A stretch of DNA of 64,000 bases from contig NC_058368.1 of NCBI RefSeq assembly GCF_018350175.1, positions 99,760,001 through 99,824,000 of the forward strand, given 5' to 3'. Of this stretch, positions 54,020 through 64,000 are shown one piece after another. A model generated the notes under the pieces. The model saw nothing but the letters and a program-made list of their open reading frames with translations, searched no databases and was not told the DNA's origin. The stretch's first letter is position 1; every line of letters starts with the position of its first letter. The translations under genes and the position numbers were made by a program. Source of the stretch: Felis catus. Lineage: Eukaryota.

Positions 54020-55119
54020 CTGAAGAATGAAAGCCAGTTAAACTCTAACGCCAATGCACACTGTATCAGTTTATTCTGTACCGACCCCAGAAGGCCCATT
54101 CATCTATTTCCATTTAGAATGTCAATTTCACAGTCAAAGACTCAGGGACACTCTCAGGGCACCTGGGTGGCTCAGTTGGTTAAGCGTCCAACTTCAGCTC
54201 AGGTCATGATCTCACACTTCATGAATTTGAGCCCCACATCAGGTTCTGTACTGGCAGCTCAGAGCCTGGAGCCCGTTTCAGATTCTCTGTCTCCCTCTCT
54301 CTCTGCCCCTCCCTCACTCACAATCTGTATCTCTCTGTCTCTCAAACATAAACGAACATTAAAAAAAAATTAAAAGAAAAAATGACCCAGGGACACTTTC
54401 TGCCTATCCTTTTTAAACTTACTATGAGGAAATGGTAGATTGCCCATCTCAGTGTCCAGCTGCTTGCTAAATACCTGGACCAAGCCTGCAGATATATCTG
54501 GGTTCTGACATTGGCTTTAACTTTTAAAATACTACAAATCTCATTCAGGGGCTTGAATTTATCAAATTTAAACTTTTGGAATTTCTTGACTTCTATTTCA
54601 CTTCTCCAAAATACTTGTCATGAAGGCTTATCTCTCACAGACATTTTCCAATTTATTTTTTACAGGTCAAGCTTCTCTTTCCTAGCAATTCTCTACATGA
54701 AATCACTTACTTTTGGAAGCATGGCCACCCTCAGAGGGAAAAAAAAGCCAGAGATCTATTTAATAGTAAAGCTTCCTTATTGGTTTTAAAACCTCAAAGC
54801 ACTAATATGAGAATAAAATTATTACAGCTAACATTTATTGAAGAGTTACTTATAACCAAGCACATATCAAAGTGCTTTATATACTTTAAATTTAATCATC
54901 ACAAAAATCTTATAAGTACTATTATTAACATCCTTTTTTTGAAAGAACAAAATTGAGTTTTTAAGATTTATGAATAACTTACTCAAGATCACATTTTATG
55001 TAAGTATTAATGTTGAGAACAGGATTGATGCTTAATTCCATTTAACTCAGAAATCAAAAAGGAAACCCAAGAATTAAATGCCAATCTCAGAGAAGATGAG
55101 AAAATGAAAGCTTTTGAAT

Positions 55120-55845
55120 TATTTATTTATTATTATTATTTTAGAGACAGAGAGAGGGGAGGGGAAGAGAGAGAGAATGTTTTCCCCCTTTTTTAAATTT
55201 AAATTTTAGTTAGCTAAATTGTTTTTTTTTAATGGAAACTCATATACTTTTTTTTAATGTTTACTTTTGAGAGAGAGAGCACAAGCAGGGAGGAGCAGAG
55301 GGGGGGTGAGGGGGACAGAGGATCCAAAGCAGGTTCTGTTCTGACACCAGAGAGCCCTATGCGGGACTCAAATTCACAAACTGAACCATAAGATCATGAC
55401 CTGAGCCAAAGTTGGAAGCTCAGCTGCCTGAGCCACCCAGGCACCCTGCAATACTGGTTTCAGGAATAGAATTTAGTGATTCATGATTCATCACTTACAT
55501 ATAACACCCAATGCTCGAAAAAGTGCCCTCCTTAATACCGATCAGCCATCTAGCCCATCTCCCACCCACCTCCCTCCATCAACCCACAGTTTGTTCTCTA
55601 CCATTGACAGTCTCTTGTGGTTTGGTTCCCTCTCTTCTCTTTTACCTCCGTTTCCCATATGTTCATGTTTCGTTTCTTAAATTCCACATATGAGTGAAAT
55701 CATATGGTATGAGAGAGAGAATCTTAAGCCGGCTCCACGCCCAGCACAGAGCCTGACACTGGGCATGATCCCCCGACCCTGGGATCATGACCTGAGCCAA
55801 AATTAAGAGTCAGACACTCAACTGACTGAGCCACCCAGGCACCCC
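55120..55845 (-). mobile_element. Three-level nest: CanSINE containing an L1 3' end (about 55180-55710) containing a CanSINE (about 55250-55447)
   Basis: Host SINE interrupted at gagagagaat and resumes at 55711; L1 3' UTR at 55450-55710. Confidence 0.85.
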
Positions 55846-56689
55846 AAGTGCTTTTCAATTATAGGAAGATAGACTGAAGAATACTTTTCTCAAACACATT
55901 TCTGTGACATACGGTATGTCTTCTTCCATTCCCCACGTGCCCATCCCTGATAGGAAAACCTACAAGGCTATCTTTCCTAGAGGACGCTTCAGAATCTTTG
56001 TCACAACAGTGGTCCAGGCAGCCAATCAGCTGGGGCAGGCTAAAGAAATGAATGCTACTGCCATCCTAGGAGACTGATACAGACCCACCAACTGGACTCT
56101 TCCAGCAAGGCAGCTGTGGTGTATATACCAAATAAAGATAGTGGGATAATATCATCTACTTCATAAAACTGTTGACACGATTAAATGAACAAAAACAAAG
56201 TTCCAGATAACATTACCTGGATAAATGTTTGCTCCACAAAATAACATTATTATGACCCAGACACTTTTCTACACTCTTATACACAACCAACAAAAACCAC
56301 CTCACCACCAGCATGTTTCACAAAGCTAAAGGTAAACAAGGAGCATTCTCCAAGTTCATTCAGTCATTTCTTCAGCCATTCATTCATGTATTTATTCATC
56401 CAATGTTTTCAACACACCCTCTGATTATCCGCCATATGTCTAAAACTGATCTTTGAAGTGAAGAATATAAAAAAAGCAACCCCACCTTCAAAGAACATTT
56501 TTACTCAATCAGGAACGACAGAAATAAATACCACTAACTTTGATAAGTTTGTGAGGCATTATATTATAGGTAAACACAAACAGCTATTTAAGTATAAGCA
56601 ATAGGGAGCCTTCTTAAAGAAATGAACTTTAACCTAAAATTTAAATGTATAATGTATTTCTATTTTAAGTCTTGGCAGATCTGAATAAT

Positions 56690-56902
56690 ATTTTATTTTA
56701 TTTTTTATTTTTTTAATGTTTATTTATTTTTGAGAGGGAGAAAGACAGAGTGTGAGAAGGGGAGGGGCAGAGAGAGAGGGAGACACAGAACAGGAAGCAC
56801 GCTCCAGGCTCTGAGATATCAGCACAGAGCCGGACACGGGGTGTGACATCATAACCTGAGCCGAGGTTGGAAGCTTAACCGACTGAGCTACCCTGGTGCT
56901 CC
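56690..56902 (-). mobile_element. CanSINE
   Basis: TSD-like ctgaata..tatttta. Confidence 0.9.
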
Positions 56903-57577
56903 TGAATATTATTTTAAAGGGTGGTATCCTTTCTCATTTTTAACAGAAATTTTATTTCACTTAATTATTTTTGCTTACATTTTATTACATGCATACTATA
57001 CACTATACTTAAATGTATGCACAATATCTCTTAAGCATACTTGGTGAGTAACTCAGGGGAATACAACTATCACTTGCCCAACCTTATATTCTCTGAGGGG
57101 ACATTATAATTCAGAGGTGGTCCTGGGAATGCCTCACAGGTTTAATTTAATTAGTGCAGTTCTGACCTTTTAATAGTATTAACATATAAACTTTTGTCCC
57201 TATACTCTGGCCTGTTCATTATGTTTTCTGCCCGAAGCAGAGAACGCATTGATTTCCAATTACCAGTTTATAAAACTGCCAAGTCATCTCTGTCAAATGA
57301 CTGTTTTCACCCAAGTAGCTTAAAAATTATACAAGTCAACTCAAGTAACGGAAGCATTAATTAAAATTTTGCAGATTATAAAGAAGGACCCAAGAGATAG
57401 ATGTGAACGCACAGCTCATGATTGCAAAAGAGAAGATGAAAACAAGGTTACCGGTGAGACGTGGCTCTAAAATGATCTGTGACTGTAATAACTGCCATAT
57501 TTTGGCATTATTTCTACAGATTAGAAATTTCAGATTTCATTATGAATAAACAACCCCATAAATTTGAATAAGCTACT

Positions 57578-57718
57578 AATATATATATACATATACATAT
57601 ACATACACATAGTTGCTAGGAGCTCTATACACATACATATACACATATATATGTGTATCTATTATATATAGATACACATATATACATATACACATATATG
57701 TGTATATATTACATATAC

Positions 57719-57796
<78 letters not shown>
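57578..57796. repeat. Compound (TA)/(CA)/(TACA) low-complexity tract
   Basis: Seen directly. Confidence 0.9.
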
Positions 57797-57954
57797 GATT
57801 ATTTTGGGAAGAGTATCATACTTCTACTGAATAAGTGACCTATATCTCAGAAATTCAGAATTAAGGAATTTATATATTAATATACATAAATATAGATAAT
57901 ATAATACAAATATAAACATAATATAATATAAATATATATTAATATATTTAACTC

Positions 57955-58350
57955 TGTGTATATCAGTTAGAATTAGAATCACCTAACAGTAGCAGAGACT
58001 AAAATCATACTGGTTCAGGCAAGAGAGATTTTATTGCTTAAGAAGCTGGAGGAAAGTGGAAGGGCTGGTCCATGGAGCCTTTAGGAATCAAGGTCCCTTT
58101 CAGCTCTTTGCTTTGTCACCTATAGGGTGTAGTCCTCATCTTCATGGTTCACAAGGGACGTTAGAACTCCAGGAATCAGATTCATGTTTCGGACAGCAGG
58201 AATAAAGAGGGGTTAAAAAAATGGAGGAAAAAGGCTATGACACATTCACAGAAGTCACCACATGTTTACATGTAGTCACAGAGTCATTTGTGGCTGCCAC
58301 AAAGACAGAAAAATGTTCTTTTGATTCTGGCCTTTGCTTCTGCTAAAACA
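57955..58350 (-). mobile_element. Degenerate MLT1-like LTR
   Basis: Terminal tgt..atcagttagaattag and cagctctttgctttgtcacc..tagggtgt..tcctcat motifs. Confidence 0.5.
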
Positions 58351-59079
58351 TGGGATCCTGTGACTTGGGAACAGGGAGAGAATGGACAACTGAAGGTCTC
58401 CTGCTAGTTTCTGACACTCTATTTGATTGTTGGGCTATTTTAAAATACTTGGGTAGTATCAAAATAACTGAAGACTCGTTTTTTATAGACAGCAAACTAA
58501 GAAGACAATACTGTGAAATGGCCAAACTAAGAAATAATAAAATGAAGAATTAAAATGAACCTTCCTGAGGCTGAAGTTAGGAGGGAGAGTGGAGGGGAGA
58601 AAATAGTCTGTTCTCAGGGCATGAATAGGAAGGAAAAGGAAGGAATATACAGATCATTAACATCAGGGAAAACAATCAGATACAGAATAAAAATCAAACC
58701 CAATTAGAAAAGGAAGCATGGAACAGAGAATGTGTGACCGAGATTCTTAGTGCTCTAGAAATTATCCAAATAAAGATTGGCTAAGTTAAAACTTAATTTT
58801 TAAGTCAAACTAATATTTAAAAAAAAAAAAACAACGCATTTTTTGCAGTTTGGTAAATTTAAAATGAGTACAGTTGCGAGGAGCCCTAAAAGGGATCTGA
58901 ACCCTCACCCCTTTTTTTTAGTGATAAAATCCGTCCCTTATAGGATTTCAAAACCTCATGTGGAAAGAAACATTTTCATTTAAAAATGTTAAAAATTCTA
59001 TCATAAATAAGTAAATGATGGAAGACAGTGACATAATGAGTAACTGTGAAATGTTTGCGGAACTAGAATTGTAGGAAAA

Positions 59080-59570
59080 TAAGGATGCCGACAGGCAACA
59101 CAGGGACTTAAGCTGGGGAATAAGAGGCGGGAATCCAGCAAGAGCAGCCATCGAGCAACCTTTAATTGGTGCAAGATATAAAAGATTCATTGGTACAGGA
59201 AACACCGCATAGCGTCCAATCCACCCTAGACGTCTATTCTTGCTGTGTTCATTTCTCAAATCCTTTCCCAATTAGATTGAAAAGAAAGAAACCATCACTG
59301 GGTAGTAGCTGGTCGTCACGTATCACTGGTTAGCCCTAAGTCACATTTGTAAACAGATTTCAAACCCCACAAGTCTTAGTATAAAAAAATTTGATGTTAT
59401 AGCAAAATTCAGACCAAACACTCGAGATCAGTAATATCAAATAAGCTGTGGATGTGTAAGATTCCCTAAAGAAAAAATAATTCCAAACTATAAAATAAGA
59501 CCAATTCCCAGGACCGGGGAGCCCAACAAGGCATCCACTTCCAGTCCCCTGAGTGGCAGGGGTAGCTCGC
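59080..59570. promoter_or_regulatory. Possible promoter or enhancer in unique sequence
   Basis: Local CpG excess; CCAAT/ATTGG at 59165, 59189, 59216, 59268, 59501; GGCGGGAA at 59126; TATAAAA at 59177; CGTCA at 59314. Confidence 0.25.
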
Positions 59571-59911
59571 AAAAAAGATTATTTTAAAAGCGTAAAACTA
59601 TTTTAGTGATTCACAAAGCCTGACAACTACAAAAAAGAAAACAGAAATTTATCTTCAAAAATACCAGACAAGTTGAAAAATAAGCCTATGTCCTTGTTTT
59701 TAAACATATCATCAATTTAATAGGATTAACTGATTATCTTGCGATAATACCAAATCTTAGTATTCAGATTTATGTGCTATTGATTAATTAAAAGTGAGAA
59801 AATAAACTATTATTCAACAGGGACTATGTTGCCAAACCTTTCCCCCAAATTAAATTTCTTAAGTTAAAAGAACAAAAGCAGTTAAAGAATTCCTTTAAAG
59901 GTGATCAAATT

Positions 59912-62900
59912 GGGCGCCTGGGTGGCTCAGTTGGTTAAGCATCTGACTTTGGCTCAGGTCATGATCTCAAAGTTTGTAAACTCGAGCCCCATTTCGGGTG
60001 AGCCCAGCTTCTCTCTCTTTCTCTTTTTTCTCTCTCTCTGTCCCTCTCTCTCTCTCTCTGCCCCAGGTGGGATTCTCTCTCTCCTTCCCTCTCTCCCTCT
60101 GTCCCTCGCTTGCTTGCAGCCTCTCTCTCTCAAAAAAGTAAATAAATAAATAAAAGAGAGGGGCGCCTGGGTGGCCTAGTCGGTTAAGCGGCTGACTTCG
60201 GCTCAGGTCATGATCTCGCGGTCCGTGAGTTCGAGCCCCGCGTCGGGCTCTGTGCTGACAGCTCAGAGCCTGGAGCCTGTTTCAGATTCTGTGTCTCCCT
60301 CTCTCTCTGACCCTCCCCCATTCATGCTCTGTCTCTCTCTGTCTCAAAAATAAATAAACGTTTAAAAAATTTAAAAAAAAAAACATTAAAAAAATAAAAA
60401 CAAAATCTTTAATAAATAAATAAATAAATAAATAAATAAGATAAAATTGCTTGAGAAACATTGAGCCAATGTTGAGAAATGATAGAATGTTACATCTGTG
60501 TAAAGTATCATTCCAGCTGAGTAGTACTTCTCCATATTTATTTACCTGTCAAAAGAAGCATAAGGCTTATTCCATCAAAAAAATTAAAAATCAGTGTTGG
60601 TTGGAACATTCCTGTCATCTAGCATAACTTTGATTCTGAAATCAAGTTTTTACTATTCTATAGGGAATTACAGAGAAAAACCAAAGGGACCAGATTAGCA
60701 ATAAGTAATGCCAGATCTAGTTTCAGAGAAGACCCTGGCTTCTATAAGTAGGTCACTTGGAGAATCCCAAAGCAGGAGGCATATGGCTGCAGAATTGTGC
60801 AACACAATCAAGTGAGCATAGGAAGAAAATATTAGAAAATATTTGCATAAAATATTCTTTAATAGAGGGGCACCTGGGTGGCTCAGTTGGTCAAGCATCC
60901 GACTTCGGCTTAGGTCACGATCTTGAGGTCAGTGAGTTAAAGCCTCACATCAGGCTCTGTGGTGACAGCTCAGAGGCTGCAGCCTGCTTCAGATTCTGTC
61001 TCCCTCTCTCTCTGCCCCTCCCCCACTCATGCTCTGTCTCTCTCTCAAAAATAAACATTAAAAGTTTAAAAACATATTAAAAATACATGTGTAGTTTAAA
61101 AGAAATGAAGTTGTATTGATATTTAATATATGAATTGACAATATTGTAGGTATCAAATATACATGTATTGTGAGCAGAAATTTAAGATATTTTTGATAGA
61201 GACACGCAATCAAAAAATTTGGAGCCCAGGGTGCCTGCGTGGCTCCATTCATTAAGCATTTGACTTCAGTTCAGGTCATGACCTCACAGTTCTTGAGCCC
61301 ACATCAGGCTCTCTGCTGTCAGTGAAGAGCCCACTTCAGATCTTCTGTACCCCTCTTTCTCTGCTCCTCCCCCACTAGCGTGCACGCGCACTGTCTCCCT
61401 CTCTCAAAAACAAATAAACATTAAAAAAATTTTTTTTTAATTTAGAGACCACCAAATGAGATGGCTGGAGGGCCTTTCCTAATCCACTGTTTTATAATTT
61501 ATCATTTTAAGATTGTCCCTTAACTTCTCTGATGGAAAGAAACTAAGAAACATGAATAGAGTGTGGTGTTGCAAGGATTAGATAAGGGAATGATTACAGG
61601 CTGCCCAGCATTACGCAGTCAGGAGTAGAGATACGGTGGAGAGCACTCACCTCACCCCAGGGGAAAGAGCTACTTCTCAGCTAGCGATGGTTGCTGCTAT
61701 GTATATTCACAGTATGTAAGAGAATCCAGAAAGTTAACACTGATGTGAACCTTGATGAGTTTTAAAAGACAAAACAACAAAACAGAGCATTATGGTCATG
61801 ACACAACTCCAGGCTGCTATTTTGTGCTGGGACAGTGGTCAGGAGCATGAACTGGGGATTCAGGGAGAGAGAACTAAATGCTCAGCAAACAGCTCTATCA
61901 CCAATTGTTCCTCTGACGCAGTTCTTTCAGTTCCTAATCAGGCTATACGTGCTTCTCTTCTGTAAAGTGGGAACAGCAGTAGAGCCTGCCTCACTGAGTT
62001 GCTACACGGGTTAAATGGGGAAATGCGTGAAAGCTACTTTAGCATCATGCTTACTGCGTAGAAAATACTCTGTAAATTTCACTTACTATAATAGCAACTG
62101 ATTTTCTGTTATGTGCTGAGCACTTTCAGTTATAACACCTGATTTAAATCTTTTCACAAACCTGTAAGAACCATCTAATCTGTTGGTTAGTCTAAGGAGA
62201 CTCAGAGTGAAATGAAAGATGCCCAAGGTCACAACTAGGCTACTGAGCAGCTTGCTGGGATTCCCACCCTGACCGTGTTTCCTAGCCCCCGGTTTCCAGC
62301 TCTGCACGTCCACCTATTCCGATCAGACACAGAGGCTCATCTGCAGAGTTGGCATCTTCTGTCCTGGACAAACATTTGAGTAGTTCCAGACCAGGATTTC
62401 TTAGCTCTATTAAGAAAATAAAACCAAACCGATGTGTCTTTCTCTGATGGCTTATGATCTGAAAATCCCACATAATAATGAAAATAACTATTGTTTTCAA
62501 AACTTTGTGTTACACTCAGCTTGAAACCTTTACTAACTCATGAAAGAAAATTAAAACAACAAGGATTCTGCAAAGAAGTAAACAGACCAGGGGCACCTGG
62601 GTGGCTCAGTCACTTAAGCAACCGACTCTTGGTTTTGGCTCAGATCATGATCTTGAAGTGCATGAGAGAGAGAGAATTACGTATCAGGCTCTGCACTGAC
62701 AGTGGAGAGCCTGCTTGGGAATTCTCTCTCTGCCCCCCCCCCCAACATGCTCTGTCTCTATCTCAAGTAAACTTTAAAAACAACAACAACAACAACAAAA
62801 GGCAACAGACCATGTGACAAAATTACCAATTTTACCAAATTATTTAAAAACTCCACCATCCTTTTACTACAAATAATCTGCTTTTTTATCTGGGAATGTT

Positions 62901-63863
62901 ACAATTCCCTGTTTAGCCTTATTTCAGATGATTTTGGTATCTCCTAAAGGGGAAAATAAATTTAGTTTTTAAGTATGAGGATTGTCATTTAGTATTTATG
63001 TAACAGACATACAGTTTAAAATTTATTGGAAAAGTGTAATTTTTTTAAGTTTATTTATTTATTTTGAGAGTGCAGCAGGGAGTGGGCAGAGAGGCAGGGA
63101 GAGAATCCCCAGCAAAGGCTTGTTCTCATGAACCATGAGATCATGTCCTGAGCTGAAATCAAGTGTGGGATGCTTAACCAACTGAGTCACCCAGGAACCC
63201 CAAAAGTATAAAAAGTTCTTCAGGTTACTAGCTATTCATCATGTTAGAAGCAATTCCTTGCAACATCATATCTTTAGTCTCCATGCAAAGAAATGAAGAT
63301 AAAGCAAGGCTATTCACTCAATGGGATTCAGTCTGGAGCTCCCAGCATTCAATTTTCTGTTGCAATCCCTATTCCAGGGTTCACAAATTATAGCCTATGG
63401 GTTCTACCTGTTTTTGTGAATAACACTTCATTGGAAACAACAATAATGCTCATTCATTTATATATTATCTATGGCTCCTTCTGCATTATAATGGCAGAAC
63501 TGAGTAGCTGTGACTGAGACCACATAGCCCACACAGCCAAAAATATTTACCACCTGGCCCATTACAGAAAGAGGGTAGACTTCAGTCTGAGGTGTTCAAA
63601 CCTTGTAGCTTCCAAAGAAAGTTCTGGCCTTTGACTGGCCCTGGGAAGATAGCCTCTATGCCTTCGGAATACCCTTTCTGGTAACAGTGTCTTTGTTTAT
63701 TTGAGACCTTGGGCCATGCAAGATAGTTCATGCTAAAACTGTACTTTATTGGAGGGGGGGTGGGTGCGCCTGGGTGGCTCTGTTAGTTAAGGATCTGACT
63801 TCACCTCAGGTCATGATCTCATGGTTCATGAGTTCAAGCCCCACATCTGAGCCTGCCTGGGAC

Positions 63864-63895
<32 letters not shown>

Positions 63896-63955
63896 CTCTT
63901 CCATTTGCCCTCTCTCTGTCTCTCGCTAAAAATAAATAAACTTAAAAAAAAATTT
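59912..63955. mobile_element. CanSINEs at about 59912-60155 (+, atypical), 60159-60385 (+, young), 60867-61062 (+), 61228-61430 (+), 62590-62800 (+), 63040-63201 (-), 63762-63955 (+); MIRs at about 61820-62280
   Basis: Heads and tails seen; MIR core ctgtaaagtggg..cagtagagcctgcctca. Confidence 0.85.
63376..63586. mobile_element. hAT-Charlie MITE, MER58A-like
   Basis: cctgtttttgt.aataa...ctcattcattta.atatt.tctatggct...gagtagctgtgac.gagacc...aaaatatttac.acctggccc.ttacagaaa. Confidence 0.8.
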
Positions 63956-64000
63956 TTTAAATGTGCAATTTATGGTGGGGTCCTTAGGTCACAATGGTCA
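63588..64000. mobile_element. ERVL-class LTR, MER21-like, interrupted by a CanSINE and running off the window
   Basis: tctggcctttg.ctggc, gtgtctttgttta, ccttgggcca..cagatagtt.atgctaa motifs. Confidence 0.55.

Larger units (their letters stand above)
52695..54375 (+). mobile_element. CanSINEs at about 52695-52888, 53043-53250, 53743-53960, 54156-54375
   Basis: Heads and tails seen; TSDs such as aatgtatggatg. Confidence 0.9.

Noticed and set aside
54475..54615. Stop-free minus-strand frame ending at cag|gtattt
   Set aside because: No credible acceptor.
1..64000. tRNA genes, CRISPR-like arrays or a novel multi-gene system
   Set aside because: tRNA-like A/B boxes are SINE heads; recurring repeats are dispersed SINEs without regular spacers; there are no intact long ORFs.

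Overview
AT-rich, repeat-dense mammalian genomic DNA from a felid, judged by roughly 45 carnivore tRNA-derived CanSINEs (including young feline-type copies) and feline-type L1 3' ends. It is intronic/intergenic, with no prokaryotic-type system, CRISPR array or intact long CDS; nearly all listed ORFs come from SINE, L1 or microsatellite sequence. The only recognisable gene sequence is a disabled processed pseudogene of VPS29 (about 10220-10900, +). A chain of small candidate exons on the minus strand (about 36.4-57.5 kb) may be the 3' part of a host gene that I could not identify. Other structures of note: an almost perfectly homogenised inverted SINE pair (194-bp arms, 1 mismatch), a 173-bp tandem duplication, two internally deleted L1s, a template-switch hairpin inside an L1, repeated reuse of one SINE-internal insertion site, and a Tigger-like element present in long and MITE forms. 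Repeat family names come from recognition, not a database search, and repeat boundaries are approximate.
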